Source: Podarcis filfolensis
Taxonomy: Eukaryota
Length of the DNA: 64,000 bases
Direction: 5' to 3' (one strand)
NCBI GenBank assembly: GCA_964270895.1
Contig: OZ185442.1
In this document: positions 1-10,726 of the stretch, piece by piece
Layout: each line of letters opens with the position of its first letter
Position numbering within the stretch: position 1 is the first letter of the stretch
Made by a program: the position numbers and the translations under genes
Notes under the pieces: generated by a model
Database searches by the model: none
Told to the model about the DNA's origin: nothing
What the model saw: the letters and a program-made list of their open reading frames with translations, nothing else

Positions 1-210
1 TTGCCCGTTTCACCACCATCTGAAGTTCACCTGGTGTGTACATGGGACAGGGCCTGCTTGGTGGTGGTGCATAGGATCTGGAAACTCCCTCTCTTGGAAA
101 ACTCCTTTTGCCTCTTCTCTCCCAGCCTTCGGAAAAGGACAGTTGTTTCCACACGTGCTTTGGATAGTCTCTGATTCTGACAAGTCTCTGCTAATGTTGC
201 TGCTGCTTTT

Positions 211-768
211 GTTGTTGTTTAGTCGTTTAGTCGTGTCCGACTCTTCATGACCCCATGGACCAGAGCACGCCAGGCACTCCTGTCTCCCACTGCCTCCCGC
301 AGTTTGGTCAGACTCATGTTTGTAGCTTCGAGAACACTGTCCAACCATCTCGTCCTCTGTCGTCCCCTTCTCCTTGTGCCCTCCATCTTTCCCAACATCA
401 GGGTCTTTTCCAGGGAGACTTCTCTTCTCATGAGGTGGCCAAAGTATTGGAGTCTCAGCTTCAGGATCTGTCCTTCCAGTGAGCACTCAGGGCTGATTTC
501 CTTAAGAATGGAGAGGTTTGATCTTCTTGCAGTCCATGGGACTCTCAAGAGTCTCCTCCAGCACCATAATTCAAAAGCATCAATTCTTCGGCGATCAGCC
601 TTCCTTATGGTCCAGCTCTCACTTCCATACATCACTACTGGGAAAACCATAGCTTTAACTATACGGACCTTTGTTGGTAAGGTGATGTCTCTGCTTTTTA
701 AGATGCTGTCTAGGTTTGCCATCGCCTTTCTCCCAAGGAGCAGGCGTCTTTTAATTTCGTGACTGCTG
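211..768 (-). mobile_element. BovB (RTE clade) LINE, 5'-truncated 3' end
   Basis: Minus-strand ORF 219-722 is the BovB ORF2 C-terminus (FELWCWRRLLRVPWTARRSN...). (CAA)n tail; 13-bp direct repeat tgctgctgctttt at 198-210 and 764-776. Confidence 0.95.
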
Positions 769-850
769 CTGCTTTTAGCCCCCAGTTAAAGAAATGCAAG
801 AGGAAAGATGGGAGCAGGGCAGCAGCAGCTCCAGCTAGGACTCGGAATGT

Positions 851-957
851 CCTGTGCAAAAAACCCTGGAGAATTTTTGCCTCTCTATTAAGACACTACT
901 GAGCTAGATAGACTAATGATATGACTCAGTATAATGCAGCTTCCTACATCCCTATGT
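851..957 (+). mobile_element. tRNA-derived SINE (Squam2-like) 3' half
   Basis: aaaccctggaga...actgagctagatagactaatg...gactcagtataatgcagcttcct matches the family body seen at 54048. Confidence 0.7.
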
Positions 958-1818
958 TTTTACCAAAATCCAGCAGTAACTTCCTTGACTGTTTTCCCCT
1001 CATCTGCTTCTCTCCCTCTCTGCCACGAATTAAAGAACATCTTCCCTTGGGCTTTGGATTCAATGCACTGAGTTGGGAAATGGGCAAAACAAAAAAATCC
1101 ACCCTCTTCCTCTCATCTCCGTTCCCGCTATTTCCCTCGCCTCTGGGCTTTTCTGTGCTGGCTTCTGCTACCCTCCCCGCCCCCACCAGTCCTCGGAAGA
1201 GAGAAGAGCTGATGAAATTGCCAGGATGAGTGGCACAGCATGAACCCGGCTCAACAGCAAATAAGTATGAAAGCAGACGCTGGTTCAGGAATGATGCAAG
1301 GTTTTCCTCCCAGCTGTGATTCTATCTTAGGACTGCGTTTGGACTCTGAACAGACTTCAAGACATGTCGCTTCTAGTGCCACCAGCTTAGAACGGGAACG
1401 TCTTGGAAGGACGGGGGCCTGGCTGGCAGAATTTGTGCCACAATAGCCAGCAATTCTTCCCTCATCCAGTAGAAGGCAGGGACGGAGCACGTCTTCGTTG
1501 GCCTGCATTGGATCACGCTGGTTTAATTGCTCTGTTTTCGTTCGGCCGAAACTGGAATTTGTCCAGCGAACGATTCTTTAAAAAACAAAACAAAAACCTG
1601 CGTCCATGTGGCTTCATGGAAATTAAATTAATCAAACGAGTAAATGCGATTAAAATTTAAAAGGGTGCTGTCAAGAAAGCATTCCTAGATTTATATAAAT
1701 GGGATCATTTTACTTAACTTACAAAATCCAGGGCTTACATTGGTTGGTTGGTTGATTGATTGTCTGTTGCATTTTCAGGTTATTCCGGCCATGTGTGTCT
1801 GAGTCAGGTGCCTTTAAA

Positions 1819-2107
1819 GGCCCCATTTGCACTAAACACTCAAAGCAGTATCATACTTCTTTAAACAGTCATGGCTTCCCCTGTGCTGGGAAGCGTAGTT
1901 TGTTAAGAGTTCTGAGAGGAGACCTCTGGCCTCCTCACAGAGCTACAGTTCCCAGGAGTTTGACCGTTATGCTACTCTGGGAAGAGGTGCTTTGTGAGGG
2001 GAATAGGGGGTCTCCTAAAATCTCCCCGCACCCTTAACAAACAAACATCCCAGACTTCTTTGGGGAAAGCCATGACTGATATGATACCATGTAGTGCAGA
2101 TGGGACC
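1819..2107. mobile_element. Palindromic MITE, PIF/Harbinger-like
   Basis: TIRs ggccccatttgcacta / tagtgcagatgggacc, internal inverted symmetry, TAA next to both ends (left one offset by 1 nt). Confidence 0.7.
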
Positions 2108-2133
2108 TAAGATGGCTTCCATTTCTGAGATAG

Positions 2134-2135
<2 letters not shown>

Positions 2136-2182
<47 letters not shown>
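2136..2182. repeat. (AT)n microsatellite
   Basis: About 23 perfect AT units. Confidence 0.98.
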
Positions 2183-2183
<1 letters not shown>

Positions 2184-2497
2184 CACAATTTATTCCCCAT
2201 CCAGTGATGGGGGAATAATTTAGAGCAGTGGTTCCCCATCAGCCAAGTACTGTGGACCTTCCTACTTTTGAAAAGGTAGATATCTCTGCAGTCGTTTTCA
2301 TTATGTGAATGGTGCCACCAAACCCTCCAGCGTGTCCCAGCGCAAAAACAGGATGCACGTCTTCCAGGCTATGCTCTTGTGTGAGTCATGTGACCTGCAT
2401 GAAAGCACAGCCCCCGCCCCCTGTTGGGAATGTCCTGGACTGTTGAGGGGTATGTGCCACAGACCCTCTGGTAGGCAAGGCATACCCCACAACTGTC

Positions 2498-2933
2498 TTT
2501 CATTTATATATTTATTTATTTTGAAATACATTTTTGATTTTCCAAAATATAAACATACAACAAAAACAATTCCAAACCTAATTCTCAAGATTACTCTGAA
2601 TCTCCTGACCTCCCCCCGCCACCCCTTCCATGGGTCCTATTGATTCTATTTTCAATTGCATATCAATACTTCTCCAATTTTTCCTTTTCCCAGATTATCT
2701 ATACATTCTGTTACATTACAAGTGTGTTTAAAATCCTGCTAATGTTTTGACCTGCTTGCAATGATTTTGTATATGCATTATAAACATTTCCCATTCTTTT
2801 CTTTTTTTAAAAAAAATAATAATCTTATCTTATCGATTCCTGAGCTTCCCACTTAGTTTTGCCATTTTGGCATAGTCCATCAACTTGATTTACCATTCTT
2901 CTCTGGTCGGGGTTGTTTCTTCCTTCCATCTTG
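2498..2933 (-). mobile_element. L1-clade LINE 3' fragment
   Basis: T-rich tail; minus-strand WKEETTPTREEW...MDYAKMAK; 9-bp direct repeat acaactgtc at 2489-2497 and 2934-2942. Confidence 0.8.
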
Positions 2934-3597
2934 ACAACTGTCCTATTTTAAGTGGGACATCCTCGAATCACAGAAGCCCATCCTGGCTTCAGTTTGCATC
3001 ATGGAATGTCCCTTTTTTGGCCTGGCACTCTGGCGTGAGTCCTTGCACCAGAGAGCCAGACCAAAAGATGCTCACTCTGGTGCAAGTCAAGAGGGTTGCA
3101 CCAGAGCACCTTCCGACCCCTTTTGACTCACGCCAGAGCGACAGACTGGAAGGTGCTTTGGCGCAACCCTTCTGATGTCCCAGTTTTGGGGACAAAAACA
3201 TTGGAGGGTATGCCGTGGAGGTCCCAAAGTACAAGGAAGAGTGGGATGGGGGAAAACCCTCTGCAGATACTTGAATGGTGTGATGGGAGAAGCTGAATCC
3301 CTGTCCCCGGCTCTCCCCCAAGCTGAGCTTCAGAGATGAGATGGCATTTGTTATGCTAATGGCCTCTGAACTGCCTAACAGCCTGCTGAGCACTGCTTAA
3401 AGTCAGAAGCAGCTATGTGTTAAATGATTCGAAGAGGTGGAATTCGAAATTAAATGGCTTAAATCCAGGTGGAGATAGGAGTGTCAAGGCAATAAAAGCT
3501 GAAGGGAAGCAGCTAGCGAGTTTCCAGGCAAGTTGTAAATAGTTATCATGGTCTATTTGGCTACGATTCAAGTGGCAATAATATTGATAAGGTGGGA

Positions 3598-3620
3598 CTC
3601 TCTCTCTCTCTGTATGTATA

Positions 3621-3679
<59 letters not shown>

Positions 3680-3690
3680 AGAGAGAGAGA
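3598..3690. repeat. Compound (CT)n-(TG)n-(AG)n microsatellite
   Basis: Seen directly. Confidence 0.97.
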
Positions 3691-4227
3691 TCTACATGGA
3701 GGCCTCCAAAAATCCAGATGGGCTGGATGTTTGAGCCCTTTGTGCAAAAGATACAAATTAAATTATAGCTGCCATAAAAGACATTGCTATAATTTCATAA
3801 ACACCTAATCTTCCAATTTTGGGCTGTAAGGGAGAGACTGATACTAATAGGATACATTTATAAGTGATTATACTCAAAATCATTTTCAGAACATAAAAAG
3901 GAGACCCAATTTGTTCATATGATAGCATCTATCACCAACTTGCTTTGCTTTACATCTGTTTTATTGGTTGTTTTTATTCTAGGTTTTTTTCCTTCTATGG
4001 TGATTTTGCATGACAATTTCTGGCCCCATTGTGATTGATAATACAGACTTAGGATAATGGTGTTGTTAATAATGGCTTTGCCACAAAAGGGGGGGGGGAG
4101 CCATCTGTTCTGGATTCCAAAATTACCTTCTTCCATTGCCTTCATCTTCCTGTGAGCCACCCCTTCCTGTCAGCCAGGCTTCAACTGCTGTGCAGTTGCA
4201 GATTTCTAAGGACTCAATAGACTGAAG

Positions 4228-4420
4228 TTACATTCGCACTGTACATTTAAACCACTATTATACTACTTCAAACAGTATTGGTTTCCCACACAGAATCCTG
4301 GGAACTGTAGTTTAATAAGAGTGCTGAGAGTTTTTTGGAGACCCTTATTCCCCTTGCACAGCTGCAATTTGCAGAGTGGTTTAAAAAGCCCCCTTTACAG
4401 GGAACTCTGGGAGTTGTTCT
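4228..4420. mobile_element. Same Harbinger-like MITE family, one arm
   Basis: agaatcctgggaactgtagttt...gtgctgagag...ggagacccttattcccc. Confidence 0.65.
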
Positions 4421-4512
4421 CTGGTTGTAATTTACTTGCAGCAGAAGTGGGACTAGTGCTTCATTTCCAAAAAGAGAGAAGAGCTGTTGAGGCTCTGATC
4501 TGTGCTGTCTGT

Positions 4513-4566
<54 letters not shown>

Positions 4567-4582
4567 GGGGGGGGGAGGGGGG
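4513..4582. repeat. (CT)n-(GT)n-poly(G) repeat
   Basis: Seen directly. Confidence 0.95.
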
Positions 4583-4804
4583 ACTCTGTGGTAGCTTAGT
4601 GGTTGGAGAAAAATCCTCTGCACATGCTCCAAGGTGCTGTCTTTGTGATTGTTATTTCTGCTTAAGTATTCTGTGCCCTGGCTTCACTAACTGATCTCAG
4701 CCTAGATATTTTTGCTGTTGTCTTGGTGTTCCTCAGGTAAAAAAAATGGACCAATGTCTTCTACATTCTATAAATGAGGGGTGGGGAACCTCTGGCCCTC
4801 CAGA

Positions 4805-5077
4805 TGTTGTTTTGACAAATATAGACATTTTTGCAAGCAATTTCCCCCGAATATAATGCATTTTCGTATGTTATTTTCCACAAATGTAATGCATTTCGAT
4901 GCAGACTTCCCACTTAATATGTGCATTTTTGTACACGTTGTTTGGCTGCATCCCAAAATTTGGAGGAACACGCATTTCTTAGGATAACGTTTTGGTTTGA
5001 GAATCGGTTCGAGAAGTGAGAATTAAGTAGTTTCTCACTGAAACTTAAACAGATTCAAATTTCTCCTCCAACCCTAA
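4805..5077. mobile_element. AT-rich old DNA-transposon-like fragment
   Basis: Repeated atgcatttt / aatgcattt motifs ending aaatttctcctccaacccta; similar sequence near 29080-29470. Confidence 0.4.
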
Positions 5078-5276
5078 TCCTGTAAAAAACTAGCCTTGAC
5101 TCATGAGACAAGGCAATGGTGTTTATCAGATGGGCAACGTACCGGGTGGTGTTTGAAGTGGGGCAAGCAGGCAAAGTGATGGGGAACCCGCATGAACCAC
5201 TTGTTATCACAAACCTAGTCTCTGATGCATGCGCTGCTGAAGGAACGCTCAATAGTCTCCTCTCTTTTTGTTGCAG

Positions 5277-5548
5277 GGTCCTACCTGATGGTCAACTCCT
5301 CTCAACATGCTCAGGGTCAGAAAGCTCACATCCTCTTCCAGACGCTCAGTGAGAATGACACCCACTGCCTCCAGTTCAGCTACTTCATGTACAGCCGGGA
5401 CGGCCACAGCCCAGGGACCCTGAACGTCTATGTGAAGGTGAATGGAGGTCCACTGGGCAGTGTGGTGTGGAATGTCTCTGGCTCCCATGGGCGGCAGTGG
5501 CACCAAGTGGAACTATCTGTCAGCATGTTTTGGCCCAATGAGTACCAG
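5277..5548 (+). CDS. PTPRU: PTPRU exon 3 (MAM domain), 272 bp, phase 1 to 0
   Basis: ttgcag acceptor and CAG|gtgagt donor. Encodes [49 protein letters not shown]...FWPNEYQ. The SQH..GQ.AH and [10 protein letters not shown] motifs match PTPRU rather than PTPRK/M/T. Confidence 0.97.
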
Positions 5549-5832
5549 GTGAGTGGAGAAATACTTTTCAGGAGAAAGCTTGGGTTCGGATTTCTCTGCT
5601 ACGCAGGCACAAGGAGGCTAAGAACAAAACAAATCATGCACTCTGTAATTAATCTTTTAAAAATTGTACTTGATCGCCACCGCCATCATTTATTTATTGA
5701 ATGTATGAATCTCTTCCAGTGAGACACCCTGAAGTGATTTACAGTGTTTTAACATATGTAAAACAGCTTTCTGCTTTTCTTTGTGGACTGTGTAGAATAT
5801 CCTTATAGGCCCCCAACATTTTATTCCTTTAG

Positions 5833-5969
5833 ACCGGGAATGGGGAGACAGTGGTCCTTTAGATGTTGCAGAATACCACCTCCCATCATCCCATCAGCAT
5901 AGTCATTGGTCAGGGATGATGAGCATTGGAGTTCAGCAATATCTGGAGGGTCACAGGTTTCCTGTCCCT
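5833..5969. mobile_element. hAT (Charlie-like) palindromic MITE ~135 bp
   Basis: agatgttgc...tcccatcatc / gatgatgag...atctggagggtcacaggtttcc inverted arms. Confidence 0.7.
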
Positions 5970-6339
5970 CCTTCAGGCAATTGGCCACAGACCTTCTTTC
6001 AGAAAGCCTTTGGTTGGCTTTTGTTCTGCTTTTAGATTTTTAACCTGATATTTTGCTGCTGGATATGGTAATCTGCTGCAGGTTTTTGCTGCTATGATAA
6101 GGAATTTTCTATTCCAATTGTTCTATTCTGATTGTTATTCCTGGTTTTGTTTTTTTGTTTTTTTACTTTTTTCTTTTTACTGGTGTGTATTAATTCTATG
6201 GTGACCTTCAATTGATTTTAACCTGTGGACTTTAGATATGGACTAAGTAGGTTATAGATAGGCAAATCAATCAATCAGTTAAATAATGGATGATAGCTCA
6301 AGTTCCTTGGAGGAAGCATGGGATAAAATGGTATTATTA

Positions 6340-6564
6340 CAGTGGTACTTCAGGTTATGAACTTAATTCATTCCGGAGGTCCGTTCTTAACCTGAACCGT
6401 TCTTAACCTGAGGTACCACTTTAGCTAATGGGGCCTCCCGCTGCCGCCGCGCCGCCGCCACGTGATTTCTGTTCTCATCCTGAGGTAAAATTCTTAATCC
6501 GAGGTACTACTTCCGGGTTAGCGGAGTCTGTAACCCAAAGTGTTTGTAACCTGAGGTAACACTG
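6340..6564. mobile_element. Tc1/mariner (pogo/Tigger-like) MITE
   Basis: TIRs cagtggtacttcaggtta / taacctgaggtaacactg with TA on both sides (6338-6339 and 6565-6566). Confidence 0.9.
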
Positions 6565-6925
6565 TATTATTATTATTAGTAGAAGTAAAATAGATTGCTT
6601 GATACAAACCCATAGATGATGCTTGTGGAGTTTTGAAATGTTCTGTTTTAACTTAAAAAATAAAATTACAATCAACCCTATTTCCACCTCCATGGAAGTA
6701 AGCCATGCTGAATTCAGTGGAAGCGGACATATATTGGATTTTGCTGTCCCAGGGCTATAGCATTTCCATGAAGAGTGCAGAATGTATGGTCCACCAGTTG
6801 TTTCCAGATTCCACCTCCCACCATTCCTGATCATTGGTCATGCTGAACTGGAGCCGATGGAAATTGGAGTGCAACACTCCCCAGAGGGCCCTAGGTTTCC
6901 CAGTCCTACTCCATTAGAATTCTCT

Positions 6926-7102
6926 GGGAGGGACTGTGGCTCAGAAGTAGAGTACCTACTTTGCAGGTTCAATTCCTGGCATTTTCAGGTAGGTCTGGAA
7001 GAGAACCTTGTCTTAGACACTGGAGAACCATTGCCAGTCAGTGTAGACAGTACTGATGGACTAATGGTCTGGCTCAGAATAAAGCAGCTTCCAGTATTCC
7101 TG
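6926..7102 (+). mobile_element. tRNA-derived SINE (Squam2-like)
   Basis: A-box-like tggctcagaagtagag, B box ggttcaattcc, body gccagtcagtgtagacagtactga. Confidence 0.8.
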
Positions 7103-7138
7103 ACAGGGTTTATCTATATGTACCTGATTCCTTCTCAG

Positions 7139-7220
7139 GTCCTGTTTGAGGCAGTGGTCTCCAGTGAACACAGAGGATACCTAGGATTGGATGACATCCT
7201 GCTCTTGAACTATCCCTGCT
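7139..7220 (+). CDS. PTPRU: PTPRU exon 4 (end of MAM), 82 bp, phase 0 to 1
   Basis: cttctcag acceptor and gtaagt donor. Encodes [27 protein letters not shown]. Confidence 0.96.
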
Positions 7221-7918
7221 GTAAGTATTGCTATAGCCTAGGCCTGGAGATAGGATTCATCTGCTTAATTTATACATCCAAACTCTCTGGTTAGTTTGTG
7301 AGCTACTCCTTTCTTTCCTTTCTTTCTCACACTGAGTCCTTTTGTATTCTTATGTGTTGTTCTTCCTTTTTCCTCTCCTCTTGCCTGAATTTCTATTTTG
7401 AAACCAAATAGAATTCCATGTGATAGTAATGCTCGCTGTTCTTTGGTAATGCCTTTCATAAGTGCTTGAAGCGCTTTATATTATATTATCTCAGGGCTAA
7501 ACAGTTGGAACAAAATTATAACACTCACGGTTTTCTCCGGCTAAGTGCTTCTCAGAATAGACCCACTGACATTCAGTTAGTCATGTCCATCCATTTCAGC
7601 GGTCTATGCTGAGTAGGACTAAAGCTGGATACAACCTTGGATAATTCCATCATGCTTTTTTGTAAGTGCTTTATATTTTCTGTCTTAGGAATAAACATGT
7701 GAACTTTGGCTCAAAATTGGGGCTAGTTCTGGGTGATATATCAATATATTGCCCAAAACTGGTTTGAAGTCCATATAGTGATATCAGTTTCATAATTTTT
7801 GACCTGTCAATATACCACAAATCATGATGTGTGTTAGGGCTAGTTGATATATCACCCAAAACTGGTTTGAAGTCCATATTGTGATGTTGGTTTCATAATT
7901 TCTGACCTGGCAATATAT

Positions 7919-7960
<42 letters not shown>
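7919..7960. repeat. (TG)n with internal (CG)n
   Basis: Seen directly; alternating purine-pyrimidine tract. Confidence 0.95.
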
Positions 7961-8094
7961 TTATGCAGAAATCACAGCATGGGGGAAACTGTGAAACCAG
8001 CCAATGCCTCTAACAGAGTGCCATCCTTATTTCCGACATCATGATATATCATTTGTTGAGGCAATTTTATCTCAACTCTACCAGTGCTCTCCAC

Positions 8095-8165
8095 ATTCCT
8101 CACCACAGCCCTGTAAATTTGGCCAGGATAGCTATGCCCATAATACAGAGGAAGACTGAGAAGGC
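8095..8165 (-). mobile_element. MIR-like core SINE fragment
   Basis: cctcaccacagccctgt...cccataatacagaggaagactgag resembles the MIR core (cccattttacagatgaggaaactgagg). Confidence 0.45.
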
Positions 8166-8264
8166 CCACCTCAAGACATTTTGCTGCCTGAGCTGAAGGG
8201 CAAGATAGGATCCTCTCCAAATTCCATGCACTGTAGCTGACTGGACTGCAGCTGGATCTAAGGA

Positions 8265-8428
8265 ACATAGGAAGGCGGCTTATACTGAGTCACATTATTG
8301 GTCCATTTAGCTCAGTACTGTCCACATCGACTGGTAGCAACTCCCCAGGATTTCAGGCAGGAGTCTCCCCCCAGTGCCGCTTTGTAATTCTGTGGGTTCA
8401 ACTTGGGACCTTCTGCATAGCATGCAGC
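8265..8428 (-). mobile_element. tRNA-derived SINE (Squam2-like)
   Basis: aacataggaaggcggcttatactgagtca...gggaccttctgcat is the reverse complement of the family. Confidence 0.75.
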
Positions 8429-8528
8429 TATATAATGTGTGTATGAGAGGAGGGGAGGGGAGGAAGGGAGAAGGACATTCAGTTCCAGGGATTTCTATGG
8501 GTTTATTTCTCATTGCATATTTTGGCAG

Positions 8529-8644
8529 CTAAAGCACCTCATTTTTCCCGCCTGGGTGATGTGGAGGTGAATGCCGGTCAGAACGCCACCTTCCAGTGTG
8601 TTGCTTCCGGCAAGGCTTCTGAAGCAGAGAGGTTCCTTATGCAG
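8529..8644 (+). CDS. PTPRU: PTPRU exon 5 (Ig domain, first half), 116 bp, phase 1 to 0
   Basis: tttggcag acceptor and CAG|gtaagt donor. Encodes (S)[38 protein letters not shown]. Confidence 0.96.
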
Positions 8645-8716
8645 GTAAGTGGGGTTGGAGGTTACCAAGATTACTGCCCAAGAACAACCTGGGATTTCTC
8701 TGTCCTGTTAGTTCCT

Positions 8717-9060
8717 GGTGCCGTATGGTTGATAAAACCACAGAGCCTAGGACTTGCCGATCAGAAGGTCGGCGGTTCGAATCCCCGCGGCGGGGTGAGC
8801 TCCCGTTGCTCGGTTCCAGCTCCTGCCAACCTAGCAGTTCGAAAGCACGTCAAAGTGCAAGTAGATAAATAGGTACCGCTCCGGCGGGAAGGTAAATGGC
8901 ATTTCCGTGTACTGCTCTGGTTCGCCAGAAGCGGCTTAGTCATGCTGGCCACATGACCTGGAAGCTGTATACCAGCTCCCTTGGCCAATAAAGCGAGATG
9001 AGCGCCGCAACCCCAGAGTCGGTCACGACTGGACTTAATGGTCAGGGGACCCTTTACCTA
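8717..9060 (+). mobile_element. Sauria SINE (Squam1), near full length
   Basis: tRNA-like head with B box GGTTCGAATCC at 8774-8784; many retained CpGs; tail ggacttaatggtcaggggaccctttacc. Confidence 0.9.
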
Positions 9061-9677
9061 TAGCATGTGCCCATTAATCCTGGGAGAGAATCAGAGTTAG
9101 GTAAGAATTTGGCTTGCCATCCAGTTGTACTTCAATGGCAAACTTCTTCCTATCATCTGTGAGCTGACCATCTTTCAGCTTGGACAGAAGGATGGCTGTT
9201 AGGTAAACAATTTCTCGAAGCCCAAACAACCAGTTTTAGGCATGCAGGAAATGTTATTTGCTTGAGAGGAAGAGAGATGCTTCTTTTTACCTCGCCCAGA
9301 CACGCTTTGCCTCCATGTTTAGCTTGTACCATTCCACAAAGAAATAAGCATTCTAGTGCAATGAACAATATGTCATAAAGTGAGGGTCTGTGAAAGACTA
9401 GGATTGCGATAGGACTGAAGTGAAAGGAGTGTGTGGGTTTGAGTGTGTGAAATCTGCTCCACTTCCAGGTGGGGAGGAGTTGATGGCATACATCTTTCTG
9501 ACTGGGAAAACGATGTTTGGTTGGCTGATATTACAGAGGACGTAAAAGATTGGTTGCATGTATGTGAGGGTATTGGCGGTGAACCTTTGGCTCAAGTGGC
9601 AGTTAGGCATTGGTAGAACTTGGTTTGGGGGAGGGGAGGTGTGGCCATCACCTGACCCTCCAATCTTAAGGGTATTC

Positions 9678-10003
9678 TGTTAAAGGAATCCAGGGTGTGG
9701 ATCTTGTCCGAAGCCTGGGGAGGGGCTAGGGCCATGCCACGACCCCATTGGAAACCCTGGGGGAGCTCGAGTTGGTTTGCATCAACAGTGCTCCCCCTAT
9801 TGGTGGTTGAGCCTTACAGGACTCCCTGCATGGCAGGCAGGAGTCAGATATAGTTGGGTCAATTCCAGTGCCTAAGCCAATACAGCTCACATTCTGTAAC
9901 CAATAAGGTTGTGGCCTAAATTTGCCCAATAACCATTAACCTAATATACTGTGTCCTTGTGGCTTATTCATCAAGGGGGGTGGGTAGCCTCGGGGTCTTG
10001 ACA
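9678..10003 (+). mobile_element. Probable solo LTR
   Basis: TGTTAA...TTGACA termini, TATA-like gatatag, polyA-signal-like accaataag; no TSD found. Confidence 0.5.
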
Positions 10004-10551
10004 TGCAAATATATCCCTCTGTTTGGGTGATAGTTTGGTGGAGTTTGAGAATGAAGAGCCTATTCGGAGTTAGAGGAGAAAGCATTCCCCCCATTCTGGT
10101 TTGGCTTTGTGACAAATTTGATTGGCAATGTTGAGATCTGTATATTCCCTGCATGATCCCCAACTGGTTAACATGCATCCACCAAGAATAACTCTTTTTT
10201 AAAGGGTGGGGAAATGAGAGAAATTGCACAAACGGGGGGGAAATGAAAAAGCTTGAGGGGGAGATTGGAGAAGACTTTGATGCCACCCTCCAAAACTCCC
10301 CTTTTCATGCTGAAAGTGATCACCCATGAAAATGTTGTTGCATCCTAGATTAAGATGTACTTCCCATGTGTGACCTTGTAGGCAAGTAGAGAAACCACAG
10401 CATTGGGCACATAATAGGAAGGCATGGGAGGCACATGGAGTAAAAGGAACTGTGTGTGAGAGCCAATGAGATCTTAGCTCCGCAAGGAACGTAAGAGAAT
10501 CCAATGACTTCTTCCTGATGAAGCCATTTATTCTTGTTTTTTGGATGGCAG

Positions 10552-10726
10552 AGGCAGAATGGAGCAATTGTCCCGGCAGCTTCCGTGAAACACATCAGCC
10601 ACCGGAGATTCCTGGCTTCCTTTCAACTGGATAAAGTTTCCAACAGAGACCAGGACTTTTACCGTTGCGTTACCCAGTCTGGCAGGGGCTCTGGCGTCTC
10701 CAACTTTGCAGAACTGATTGTGAAAG
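10552..10726 (+). CDS. PTPRU: PTPRU exon 6 (Ig domain, second half), 175 bp, phase 0 to 1
   Basis: ggcag acceptor and AAG|gtatgc donor. Encodes [58 protein letters not shown]. Confidence 0.96.

Noticed and set aside
247-762. 171-aa ORF MTPWTRARQALLS... (similar at 23590, 38038, 40247)
   Set aside because: Shadow frame antisense to BovB ORF2; it recurs only because the repeat recurs.
1-5276. PTPRU exon 2 in the window start, and canonical exon 11 after 61807
   Set aside because: No matching translation found; they lie outside the window.
6782-7294. 170-aa ORF as a separate gene or extended exon
   Set aside because: Runs through a SINE and intron into PTPRU exon 4; only 7139-7220 has splice signals and homology.
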